Shown here in pieces: positions 1 to 12,406 of a DNA stretch of 64,000 bases. Position 1 is the stretch's first letter, and every line of letters begins with the position of its first letter. The translations under genes were made by a program, and so were the position numbers. This DNA is from Amoebophrya sp. A120 (taxonomy: Eukaryota; Protista; Dinoflagellata). The notes under the pieces were generated by a model. It worked only from the letters and a program-made list of their open reading frames with translations. It was not told the origin of the DNA and ran no database searches. The stretch spans positions 11,949,832-12,013,831 of the forward strand of contig CAJINV010000001.1 of NCBI GenBank assembly GCA_905178155.1, in the 5' to 3' direction.

Positions 1-2394
1 TAAAAAAAATGCGAATTTGAAATTTGGTACCACATGCAAATGAGAATGGATGTTGAACCTGCAACTGCAATTTACAGAATTTGACTAACATATGCAAGAA
101 GAGCAACCACAGAGATAGTTATCCCCTGCTGCTGCCCAACAGCGTGTAGTTATATCACCTGCGTCAATTGATTGTAAAAGCTACACCGTCCTCGTTGAAC
201 CTGAACATGTGCATCAAACTTCTTACACAGTGTGAAGTAAAAATAGCTCCTCCATTTGATAAGCATGCTGCGCTTGTTTCAATGAATTTTTCTGGTCGAA
301 AACACAAAACGGAAAACTAGTGTGAAGTGGAAAAAAGCAAAGTCGTAGTTACAAGTCCGCAGCGAGAAGAAATCTTTATTGAATTTGTTCCCTACTTTGC
401 GCATATAAGTACGATTTACCGTTTCCCGAGAAGTACTCCCTTTCTTTACAACTTTACGATTTTGTATGTGCAAGACTACAGCTCTTGTTGTGCTATTTTC
501 GGTAGTAGTTTAACTTTGACACAAAAAGCATTTGGAACTAAATACCCTACGGATATGTTTGAGTCGAACGATCTGCGAAAGGAGGACTACAATTATCGAC
601 ACGCTACTACGACCATATAATCAAAAGCAGGGAGGTTGCGAGAACTGATCGGTATGCGCATCTTTTCTGCATCTACTCTTTGCATGGTTATACTGGCTGC
701 CAGTACTTTTTGGGTTGTTTGACAAACGAAATAAACACCCTCCAGAACCTCGGCATTACTCCTTAGGAAGTCCAACACTCACTGGTTACTAGTAGAGGGT
801 TGCACGGTCCGATCTATGTGAACTGTATCAAAAAAAGTATGTGGAGACAATCATGTTTGTGCTCTTTCCAATATCGAATACTCACCGTTTTTGTGTCTTA
901 AACCTGCCAATTTCTTTTTCTCGTTTCACAGTACTCTTATTCAGTCGTAGTTCTTTATCCGAGAGCCAAGTACCAACTAGAAGGTTGCAAATATTGATGA
1001 AGGCGAGAAAAATACACTGCAGCAGCAGAGCAAGAAATTAAGACAACAAGAAAGACTGCTGTACGATGAAGAGTATCTCTGTAGCTGGGCTTGCATTTTA
1101 TCGTTTACTGTTTCTGCATTACACTCCACCAAGTACTAAAAACGAAGTAGCCCCTTTTTTCCCAGCAGATCGTGAGTCCGTTTCGCAGTGTGCAGCGTAT
1201 CTTTGACGGGACGGGGTCTACCGAATCTGCTGGAATAAATATCAATCTGAGCTGTGTTTTCGCCGTCATAGCAGGAAATTTCTAATATTGGGATCGCGAT
1301 GAAATGAAACGCTACGAAGAGAATCTAGATGAAAAAAACGAAACTTCAAGTAGTGGTTCTAGATGCAAGAAAGAGTAAAAAGCTAACTCATGCCTGTCTG
1401 TCTTCTCGCTGAGCCCTCTTCCCTTGGCGGTTGATGGAAAATCGAGAGAATAGCTTGGTATGACAGTTGGCCATTTGCACCCTGGGAATCAAATGGTTAA
1501 TCGAGATTTGAGACGCAAACTGTAACTTTATTGGCATGTTTTTACACGGCATGGTTGTAACCACGTACGAAAAATAAAAAGAAACCAAAGCGAGGTGTTG
1601 AGCTTTGGCATAGCAGCTTGCTTCATCTTGATGGACTTCACGGTTCGTGATGTTCATGAATCGCAATTTCCGTGAACACACGAATCGCAAAATGACGGAA
1701 ATGAATCGGTGACATTTTGGTCGAGGAGCCCCATCGTGCGGACCTTTTCACATCGGTTGACCAAGAAAAGACATCGGCCATCGTCGCACACAACGCACGC
1801 GCAACATCGGTTTTTTTTACATGCTCGAAAATCGTCAAGCACAAGGACAGGCTAGCAACATGGAAAAATCGTATTGATTCGCACGAATTTTCGAAAGGAA
1901 AAAGCAACTCAATCAATCGTAGCAATCGTACACACGACCAATCGTTGCAAGGCGGAAGCAACCCCTTTTTGTCGCCCAAACGGTGATTTCATGTTTCCGA
2001 CCGACCCAATTCTCCCAACAGGAAAACGAAAAACCCCACCAGTGGGCCCACTCTTAGAGTAGGAAAAAAGCTTGGTAACTAGAGGAGTTTGTAGGAGCTG
2101 TTGTGCAGCAAAAGTTTGTAAAACCTCAAACCTAACGAAAACTGTGGAGTCTTTAAAAGTAACTTGAGTCGACGACTCTTTTCAAAAACTTGTGGAGCCG
2201 GAACACTTTATCGTGTCCTGTGGAGCTAATTCCAACCTGTTCAACCACGTGTTGACGCTTGTGCAGCTTGTCTTGATGCGGTGAAGCAAATTACACGACA
2301 AAAATTTCAAGTCAAAAATTTCAAAAACCCCTCCAATACAGGTACTAACCAAAACCCGCTTTTCCTTTTTCGAAAAGCAAAAACTACCAGCAAG

Positions 2395-5300
2395 ATGGCG
2401 ACCGAAATCAACTACTACATGATGACCAAGGTCGAGAAGAAGGAGGAGGTCTATGCCCCTCTCTCTTCCGCCTTGACGGAAGTGACGGAGAAGATGGAGA
2501 TGGAGAAGAATGTCCTCGGCATGGACGACGAGTCCTACATGAAGCTGATCTTTGGCGGCGAGAAGATGGCCGAGTTCCTGGTCTACATCTCGCGTGTGGA
2601 CGTGTTCTCGCACAACTTCTCCACCGTGATGTCCGATGATTTGGAGATGCTGGCGGTGCTGAAAAAGCTGAAGTACCTATCCCGCGTAAAAACGTCTCCA
2701 CCCCATAGTTGTCATTCAGATTTGCAAGCACAAGAGCATTTGTAGTGCGCATCCCCATGATAGGCATTTCCGATCGTGCTTTGGACCTTGTAATGCTGTA
2801 AACAGGATGAGCAGATGGATTTGTAATGCGACTTCCCTTTCTAAACTGCATCACACTAGAGCCTGGAATTTGTAATGCGTGACTCCCAAAACTTCGAAGT
2901 TTGTGTTGCAAAATCCCCATCTCGACTCTGGTGTGGGGATGTTTTTGCTCAGGATAGTACTCGCTGAACCTCCCCGTCGGACAGCTGCTCGCGCTGGTCG
3001 AGGACACCTTCAAGCTGTGCCTGAACGACGTGATCGCTTCTTGTATGCAGCAGATGCGCAAGCTGCTGGCCAACCGCGTTTCCGCGGATAAGAAGCAGGC
3101 GAAGGGGTATTTTTATCAGCTGTTCAAGGACGTGCTGAAGGCGGAAACGTCCGTGATTCCGCGCAAGATTATTGAGATGTACATGGAGAACGCGGAGGCG
3201 CTGGAGTCCATCGACCCGCACGCCGTGTACCCCACCTCCATCTACCGCCGCTGCGACGGGCTGACGCTGGCCACCGAGAACGCGCAAACGATTGAAGCGT
3301 TGATGGAGACCAGTCTGACGACCACGATCAAGATCACGCAGAACGTGCTGGACCCGGAAAAGAACCATTTGTTGAAGTCGGTCTACGAGCCGCTCGGCCG
3401 CGTCGTGATTCTCATTGACGACAAGTGCGATGAGTTCGGCTACTCGCAACAGCTGCGGAACTACTTCGCGCACTTCAAGATCGACGTCATTCTGATGGTT
3501 TTCGGCGGGAACGAGATCGACAAGGACATGTCCAACGTGGAGCGAATCCTTGTTTCCTTGAAGGCCAAGGGCGTGTGCCGCAACGAGCCGGTTTTGATCG
3601 TGGGCGGTGGCGTGCTCGCGGACATCGCGGGCTTCGCGTGCGCGCTGTACCACCGCAACACGCCCTACGTGATGCTGTGCACCTCCATCGTGTCCGGGAT
3701 CGACGCCGGTCCAAGCCCGCGCACCTGCTGCGACGGGTTCGGGTACAAGAACCTGTACGGTGCCTACCACCCGCCCATCCTCACCCTGACCGACCGCGCG
3801 TTCTGGGGCACGCTGAAGAAGGGCTGGGTGCGCCACGGCATCGCAGAGATCATCAAGATGGCAGTAGTTAAGGACTTGAATTTATTCGAGCTCCTCGAGC
3901 AGGCCGGCCCGAAGTTGGTGCAGACCCAGTTCGGCTCCACCCCGGAGTCCCAGAAGGACCCGGAGTTCATGCAGCTCTGCGACGCCATCGTGGGGAAGGC
4001 GATGCTGGGCTACGTGAAGTCCGAGTACGGAAACCTGTGGGAGACCCACCAGTGCCGCCCGCACGCCTACGGCCACACCTGGTCCCCGGGCTACGAGCTG
4101 CCCGCCGGCATGCTGCACGGCCACGCGGTCGCCACCTGCATGGGCTTCGGCGCATACTTGTCGTGTATCAAGAAGGGGTGGATCTCCGAGACCGAGATGA
4201 AGCGCATTCTGAACGTGATTTCCACCATGGAACTCTCCCTCTGGCACCCCATCATGGACGACACCGACACCATCTACGAGTCCCAGCGCAAGATGACCGA
4301 GAAGCGCGGCGGCAACCTGTGCGCGCCGGTGCCGAAGGGTTCGATCGGTATGTGCGGGTTCATCAACGACATGCCCAAGCAGGAGCTCCACGACCGCCTG
4401 CAGGCGTACAAGCAGCTCCTCCTGGACAGCAAGTTCGCCCGCGACGGGCTGGGCATCGAGGTCCACTGCGCCGACGTGGGGCTGCAGGACCCGTCGAGCG
4501 TGATCAAGCCGGCCACCGTCGAGGACAACCTGGCCTGCACCCCGGTGCCGATTTTCGACAAGAACCAGGATATTAGCGACCGGGAGCTGTCCAAGGCGAA
4601 CCTGGACCTTTTGGACAAGAACAACCTCTCCTTCGGCAAGGGAAAAGCGGCCCAGGAGGCGTTGCTGCCCGACGCGTACCGTGTGTCCTCTGACGAGGTC
4701 CAGTTTTCCCCCGAGCACAACAAGAAGAAGGCGCAGACGTACCAGGACTGGATCGCGTCTGTGCAGCAGGACCGCAACGCCAACTGGAAGAACAACGTCG
4801 AGTTCGAGATCCAGCCGGACACGCCGCTGCCGCCGCAGTGCAACCACGTGCAGATGTTCGCGGACGACGTGGTCGAGAACTACGCGGTGAGCCACTCGAC
4901 GCCGGCGAGCAAGGCCATCCAGCACGCGGCCACGGTGACGCAGGCCGAGAAGTTATTCATGCCCTGCATGGTTGGCTCCCTGGAGGCGAACTTTTTGAAG
5001 ATGCAGACCATGATTTGCGGCGCCAAGAAGGTGTTGGACGTCGGTACCTTCACCGGCATGTCCGCGCTCGCGTTCGCCGACGGCGGCGCGGAGAAGGTGG
5101 TCACGTTGGAGGTGGATCCCAAGATCGCGCAAGTGGCGTCCAAGATCTTCTCGGATACCGGCTATTTGGAGCAGAACGTCGAAGATTCCGTCATCGATTT
5201 GCGCGTGGGGGACGCGGTGGCGTCCATGCGGCAACTGCAGATGCAAAAGGAACAGTTCGACATCATTTTCCTGGATGCCGACAAGGAAAACTACGTCAAG

Positions 5301-5606
5301 TATTACAACCTCTGCATGGACCCGGCGCAGCCCCTGCTCGCCCCGAACGGGATTATTCTGGCGGACAACAGCATGTGCGCGTTGCTGTACGACCAGGATA
5401 CGGATGAGCGCTCCACCAAGTTGCACGAGTTCAATCAGCACGTGAAGAACGACCCGCGGGTGGAGCAGGTCATGCTCACCGTCCGTGAGGGTATCACCAT
5501 GATCAAGCCGAGGAATGGTATGCGCTCCGTGGCCTCCATGGACATTTCCACGCAGTACATCGAAACCGACTTCGACGGCTCCTCGGCGGCCAGCGACGTG
5601 TTCTAA
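2395..5606 (+). CDS. mysA/mysB: Fused demethyl-4-deoxygadusol synthase (DHQS-like sugar-phosphate cyclase) + O-methyltransferase, mycosporine/4-deoxygadusol biosynthesis; exons ~2395-2676 and 2961-5606
   Basis: Cyclase motifs GGGVLADIAGFA, GIDAG, YKNLYGAY, AEIIKMA, AYGHTWSP, MLHGHAV; C-terminal class I MTase motifs VLDVGTFTGMSAL, FDIIFLDADK, ILADN. Exon 1 joins in frame (KLKY|SLNLP) after removing the TIR element. Confidence 0.93.
2678..2956 (-). mobile_element. 279-bp non-autonomous TIR element acting as an intron (subfamily A), inverted relative to the copies at 54168 and 57916
   Basis: Ends TATCCCGCGTAAAAACGTCTCCACCCCA / TGGTGTGGGGATGTTTTTGCTCAGGATA are imperfect inverted repeats; flanked by GTACC (2673-2677) / GTACT (2957-2961); reverse complement aligns along the full length with 54168-54446. 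Confidence 0.92.
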
Positions 5607-7806
5607 ATTGCGTCGTCAGTGGCAAAATGTGAAAATCGAAAATACTTGTGAAAATTACTAAAAGTATTCAAGCTCCGCAGTAAAAAAAAGCAGTAGCATG
5701 AAATTTAAAAAAGCTCTACAACGAACAACTCCTCCGTAGTATGACACCGTATGTACTTGTTCTCTTTTGATGAGAAAGGTAAAAAGAACAGAAAACTGTT
5801 ACCAAGCATAATTTAGAAACACGAGGGAAGAGTCGAACTACGACCTTCCTGCTGAAGAACACTAGCTATGTATGTAGTTACGTTCATCTTCTAGAGTCTT
5901 TGATTTGATCCAGTTTTTGGCGCTCGTGCGAGACTCTTTCGTGCTCTAAATCTTTATCCTCACGGACCTACAACGACAACTATTCGGAACACATTTTGGT
6001 GGTGGTTTGAAGCTACTGCTTTCAAAAATTCTTGTGTGCAGAGAAGTATGCAACTTTGAATGACGAAAGCTGGTAATCGCAATATTCAGTGTATTGCTGG
6101 AGGTGTGCAGCAATTTCTTACCGATTGGAGCTCTATTACAGGGATACGTAATCAAGTTTTGACGTAGATATCTAGGTATGTATTCCAAGAAATAAAAAGC
6201 AGAATTTGCGGAACACCGTCGAGGTGCTATCTTCAGGTTCCGACTTCGACAGTCATACAACCATAATGTAGATAAGGGAAGTAGACGAAACACGTAGATA
6301 TCGTGGCACTGAAAAAAATTATAAAAACATTTCACTCGCCAGATCGAAGGGCTCGGGCGGAGCTATTCTCTCGATTTTCGGAAAAGTATGGTACTACTCC
6401 GATGAACGACCAAGCACTACATGATAATATCGAAATACCTATTGTATTAATTTAAAAAAATAAAAAGTAATTGGGAAGTACGACAAAAATTTTGTGGACC
6501 TACCTTTTTTTATTTTTTGTGCAGTCGCTGGAGTTGCTGGACGTGCCACGGTTTTTTCTTTCCGTCAAACGGCGGAAAGAATTTCGAGGCGCTGAAAGAC
6601 TCCTTCCATCCTATTTTCACTTTCCTGTATTGACGCGTATAAATATTATGTATGTTTGTTTTCGTGACTAGCCGGCAAGTAGAGTTTTTAGTTAGGTCGT
6701 GGTATACGCTAGTTATGCATTTCGTTTCTGCGGTGAACCGGTACCCACGGGCGCAAAACGATCGACCAAATGCTAACTAGGGGAGCACCCACGTGGTAGG
6801 CTGGGCGCAGCGCTACTTGGTCGTAGTGCTCCAGCTTCCGCCATGTGGGACCCCGTGGGCAGAAGTATCCACACTCGCGCCGCGCCCATTTCTAGCTAGG
6901 GACTCACGTAGTCGCTTCCTTCTTCATTTTCCAAAAAACCCCTCACAGGATGTGCTTTCACAATTATGCTCAGTTCGCTATGCTACAGTGCTTTTTTTCA
7001 AACTTCCCTTTGGGATTTTAGTTTTCAATATATGAAAACTGTATGGTTTCGTTTGGGAAATGAAAAGAGATTCATCGCAACTACACCTTTTGAAGCGACC
7101 TAATTACATGCTGCTTCTGTCATAATTGGCTGCTGGGCAGCCGTGTGTGTTTCTTTTCCAACTTCCATCACCGTCGTGTGTCGTGGATCAAGCAAGGAGG
7201 TTTTTATCCATGGGCCAGGGCCCGTGCGGGTACCGGCGCGCTACTAATGTCAATGCAAGATCATATCCGTATCACACCGAGAAGGTGATATCTACGATGA
7301 TCGTGATTTTCCCGTCGCAGGGCAAAGTGAATGCGATCCTCATGTCTCTGGCTTTTGATGAGTCAGAGACTTCGTGTCTGCGAATGGGATTAACTTTCAC
7401 TGGTACAATAGAAGAAAGAGAAACACACGGCACACCCACTATGGTCGCTCGAAAAGAAGTGCGCACATCATTGTCCTTCCTGTTGCGGAGAGAGTTATGT
7501 CTTGCATTACATTTGCGAACGACCTTCATCTGAGTATCTATGACAAAGGTAGTGTTACCTTCGATTACGATTTGCGGCTTTCATCAATGACATAAATGCT
7601 ACTGCTAAATTGACATCTTGCTAATCGCAATCTGGTGCTCATTCTTTTTCGCTTATCGTTTTCATTCTGCAAAATTCAAATACAATGTAAAGTTAGAAAC
7701 TACCGACTCACCGAAGATTCCTGCCACAAAGGAAAGCGCAATACTTTTGCGAATTTCTACCCCACATTCTTGAACGGTTTCAAAGCCCGCGTGCACCTCC
7801 GCGAAG

Positions 7807-10800
7807 ATGAAACCGAATGAGACCGGCTGGGTGTTGTTCTCGACTGAGGAGGAGGACAAGCTGTATCGTTTGGAAGACCATGGCGCCGCCGAACCTGAAC
7901 TGGTGGAAAAAAAGGCCAGCGACAACGACCTGGCGACAGAGCCACTCGAGGTGGACACGTTGGTGGCGCAGCTGCAGGACGCCATCCAAAAACTGCCAGA
8001 GGAAGGCATCGGCAAACTGGAGCCGCAACGAGCAGGCGCCGACTGTGGGGCGCCTGTTTTGAAAGGTTTGGGCCTGCTGAAAGTGAGGCGGAGCCTGGAA
8101 TTTCTAGACAAGATTGCTAGCAACGAGCGGGAGGGGCTTCGTGGGCAGCGTCTGGCGCAGGAGGTAAACGAAATGCAAGGCAATTTAGACGAAGCCAGGA
8201 AAATGTTTGCCGAGCGGTCGCGACAACTCGCCCTAATGCGTCGCAACGGTGACAATGACAAATCCTCAGCGAGGGGCGCCAGCGCTAGTGCCCCGCCGAA
8301 TACAGTCAATGCTGGTACTTACTTATGTGCGTGCGCCCTTTCCGGCGCCGGCGCTGGGCTGGAGACTTCGCTAGCTATTTTGTTTTTTTGCGATTCGATG
8401 TTGTGTTCGTGTGCTGTTCGGAGTTGTCTACTGATTACAGATTAGTATCGCGCGGAGTACCACAAGAACTTCTGCTCGATTCCGGGGTAGATCGTAGCAA
8501 TCGGATTGCTACGATCTGAACAAGTGCAGTAAGCAAGTTCATTCGACGCACTATTCAAAAACCCAGGCGCTAGCGCTGCAACTTCTGCCATAGTTGGTCC
8601 TTCTCCCAGCTCCAGTATTAGCACGACAGCGGGGCGCCGAACTGTGTTCGTCAAGTTTCCTTCTGGGTACAAGTACGACAACGAGAAGTATTTTCGTGCC
8701 GACCACGCGGATGTTGGAAAGCAGATCGAGGCGATCGTAGGACGCGAAGCCGTTTTGGAGTACACAAACAAAAACGCCCATGGGGAGCCAGTGCAACACG
8801 CGGAGGCGTTGTTTCGAAGCGAGGCGGACGCGGCGAAGGTTGTGGAAAAAGGAGAGATCAGGCTTGCCAGTACAGGAAAGGTGGTTGAGCTTCGCTGGTT
8901 TGACCATGCGCGCCAGGGCCAGGCCTGTCGACCGCCCGCACCGCGAGGTCGACAAGGGCCGTCTCGTCCCCGATCCCGCTCTAGGCATCCGCGACTCACT
9001 CGTTCCAAGCGTCGGCCGTCGCGCTCCAGGCTCCCGCGATCCCCTTCCACACCTCCGCACCGCCGCGAGTACACGTCTCGGCAACTCCTGCACGGGTCTC
9101 GGCGGGGCGTGCGCGTGCGCAGCCGGTCGCGGCGAGAGCGGTCTGTTTCGTCTCGAGTGTCGCGATCCCGGTCTTCGAGTGTAGCGTCACGTCGGTCACG
9201 ATCGCGTCACAACCATGGACGTCCAGAACGGCGCCGCGTCTCATCTCGCCGGGGGAGCAGCAGTAGGGAAGATTCGTTGTCCGTGCGAAAATACCGAAAG
9301 CGCGACCAGGGTCGTCTTTCGGAAGATGATCCGCGGCAAAGCGAGAAACATGTTGCCCCAGACCATGGTTCGCGAGGTACGTTCTGGCTTTTGTTTTCCT
9401 GTAAAACACACAGGGTCTTCTTCCTTACCCTTGCGCGAGTCCGGCAGAGAAAATTATTCTAATGTCATTGCAAAAATGGAAGTCAGTGGACACAATTTTT
9501 ACGGTCTTTGATCGGTTCCGTTTTCTAGTTTGGTCAATACCGACTCTTAATTCACATCGCAGATCAACATAGAGACACTTCTTTCGCCGGCGGATCGGGT
9601 AGCGGGCAGTCCGCTGTTATTACGAACCTGCGTCCTCTTCCGTTGTTTGTACGAAACAGGGACCAAGCCGCGGCTGGAACGCCCGACACACCAGCTGCAA
9701 AAAAGACCGTGCACTTTGAGGAGGTGAACCACGAGCATCAGATCTCGCCGATCGGCGTTCCATCTACCGGACGGAGCAGCCTTCTAAAGGAAGAAGCAGC
9801 AGACAATGACGTAATCAGTGACGAGAGCGATCAATTTTTGATCGATGGAGATGAGGATGAGAATTATCAACTTGCTGAGCAGCCGGAGGACTACAACCAG
9901 AAAAGCCCGGCTGAAGAGCGAGAGCGTGACGAGTTCGGAGAAGTAGAGCTCGACCATGATAAGGTCGACGCACCAGAAGTGAAAGAAGAGGAAAAATGTA
10001 AAGAGCTCGACCATGCTAGGGTCGATGTACCAGAAGTGAAAGAAGAGGATAAAGGTAAAGAGCTCGACCATGATCAGGTAGACGCACCAGAAGTGAAAGA
10101 AGAGGAAACAGGTGCAGATATGTAGTTTTTATTTCTTGAAGATCCTGAACGTTTCAGTGTTATCGTCGCGTAGGTTTTTGCGCCATCTTCGAGACTGAAA
10201 GCGTTTCAGCGTTTCAATTATTGCATTTGATTTTCCCGCAGGTCACGATGGAGAAGTCGTAGAACAAGAGCGTCCTGTAGTACTTGTGCCTCAACCCGCT
10301 CCCCTCCAGCCGCAGCTCCTACCACCGGAGACGAAAGCGGGTTTTGACGCAGCCGTTGCGGCGTTAATGGAGAAAAAAGACAGCGCCAAGAAGTTGCGGC
10401 AGCTATGCGACCAGAAGGGAGGAATCATTCGTGACGCCAAGGACAAAAATACGGAGCTCTGCCAGAAAATTCTGGTCTACGGAAAAGACAAAAGCTCCGA
10501 CCGCGAGTTTTTGGAGAACGTGTACCGATTCGTCTTGGAAAAAATCGAGCGGGAACGAGAGGAGGGGAGGAAAATATGCGCGGCGGTGCGGGAAAGTGCT
10601 GATATTTCGAACTTTGACGAGGTGGAGATTCAGACGAAAGCCCGCGAGGAACAGGACCGAAAAACGAAGCTTCTGGAGGACCTCGCAAAAAAAGTTCTGA
10701 ACGCAGTCAAAGCGTGTCCCCCGCCCGGAGATGTACCAATGTTTGAGCTGCGTAAAACGCCTCTATTTTTTAGCTTTATTACGGTGGTCAGGTGGCTCTC

Positions 10801-11111
10801 GCGCTGTAGTAAGTAGTTCCTCAGGCCGAGTTCTCTATTTCACTAGAGATCTTCGACGAACGTCGAGAGTGACAATGATGATGCGTTGTATGCAAAACCA
10901 TTTGATAAAAACTCAGGGTACGAAATTGGTCAAGGACGCGATCGACTTCTTTCGAGCCGAGAAGAACGTAGCCAAACGAAAAGAATTTCTGGCGAAACAG
11001 AATAAGGAAGACAAACGGGCGTTCCTAGCTGGCGAAAGTAAGCAGGCAAGTGACGATGAGCTGGACACCCTGGTTTTGGCAGAGCTTCAAAAGTTTTCGT
11101 TCCTTCAGTAA
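7807..11111 (+). CDS. Multi-exon protein: coiled-coil, divergent RRM followed by an RS-rich tract (SR-like), acidic repeats, helical C-terminus; start codon uncertain
   Basis: Phase-compatible GT-AG introns 8315-8533, 9377-9562, 10112-10241 and 10733-10916 join five ORFs; RRM-like TVFVKFP...HAEALFRSEADAAKVVEK...VELRWF followed by RSRS repeats. Confidence 0.6.
8489..8517. repeat. Perfect 14-bp inverted repeat with a 1-nt centre, inside a predicted intron
   Basis: AGATCGTAGCAATC-G-GATTGCTACGATCT. Confidence 0.9.
9946..10110 (+). repeat. Coding tandem repeat, ~3 x 57 bp (19 aa, ELDHDKVDAPEVKEEEKCK-like)
   Basis: GAGCTCGACCATG starts at 9946, 10003 and 10060. Confidence 0.9.
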
Positions 11112-12406
11112 TCGAATGCTGCAGCTTCTTGGGCGTCGCAATGCTTTGCCATATTCTCATCCATCTCTTCCAGGTATCGTACACTGACTTCGTAACAAAG
11201 TCTAAAGAACTAGTCTGTGCAGCGCATCAGAAACAGTCCAGATCAACGTACTTCGTACAATAATTTCGTGACACACGTCAGTACAGCTCCCTATTCATGG
11301 ATTTCATAAAAAAGTAGTCTCGCACCATAGGCATAGCGTTCTCGTCTCAAGACAGGCACATATACGCAGTACGAAAAAGTTTTTCCGTCCGAAAGTAGAG
11401 GTAGAGCAGTTCTGCCGTTCTAGTATCGGATTCTTCAAAAGAACCGAAAGGTCTCTGGTGTTCGTACAAAAAGAAGTACCTATAGCTATGCCATGAAACG
11501 AAAACAAAAAGTGAGAAAAGTCGGTGTCTCGCCCTCTTCTTTGTGAATTAGGACAAACGTAATCGAGAAATAAGAAATGCCGTCAACAAGAACAGAACCG
11601 TCCAAACGCAATCCTCACGTGCAAAAAAGAATCGTGCTTCGTATTTACTCTTTCCTTCCAAAAGTAAAATGCGAGTATTCAGGTATTTTTTCCCACGCAA
11701 AAAACAGCCACAGGACTCGGTTTATCGTCTCGCTTCTTCCCCGGAAGTGAGCTGTAGCAGGAGCGTTTAGAACTGTGGTTTCTTCATCAACTTTTCTTTG
11801 ACTTTTTGTTGAACTTTTAACCGTGTTTTCATAGTAACTTTTCTGCGAGAGTAGTGTTTCTCTTCCACTTTTTTTTGCACGTAGCGACGACAAGAAAGAT
11901 GACGTCGTCCCTGTTTTGTTGAAAATAACATTTGGCAAAGCCAAACCAAGGTCGGTCGTTTTTTCATCTGCTGGTTTTTGCGGAGGTTTCTTGTAATTCT
12001 CAAGTCACTAGCGATGCTGTTATAGGTTGCTGCGCTACAAGTACAAGAGCAAGAGGAGGAAAAAGAGGCGGTGTCTACTTACGACAGCCCTCAACAAAAG
12101 CAAAAATTGTCGTGAAAAATACGTACCCCGTTTGATCACGTATCTTGAAACACAAATTACCCAGAAAACAAGCTTCTGCCTCACCCTGAAGAACTACGCA
12201 TTCACAACGCGCAAAAAGCTTGATTTCGTAGGTGAGGGATCGAATCTGTTTCTGCGTGAGAAAGTAAAGTGTACGAGCACGACGAATCGTCTGCAAGTGC
12301 GGTGAATATTATTAAAAGTACGTCCACCGTAGATCAAGACAGAAATAAGTATCGGCCAAAGTAGCGACCAGAAGTTGTACCTCGACCACGCTTGAACCAG
12401 CACCAG

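Noticed and set aside
1-1050. Short ORFs at the window start
   Set aside because: Fragmentary, AT-rich, with no recognisable motif or consistent splice pattern.
1159-1234. Imperfect inverted repeat CCAGCAGAT...ATCTGCTGG
   Set aside because: Only a 9-bp perfect stem, with no target duplication or second copy seen.
2949-5441. Long minus-strand ORFs opposite the DDGS gene (and similar ones opposite CDC14, argE, the kinase, LIM and DDX1 genes)
   Set aside because: Antisense shadows caused by the strong C/G third-position bias of the real + strand genes.
7126-7820. Possible upstream exons of the RRM/RS gene
   Set aside because: Could not be joined with confident phase-compatible splice sites; start left uncertain.
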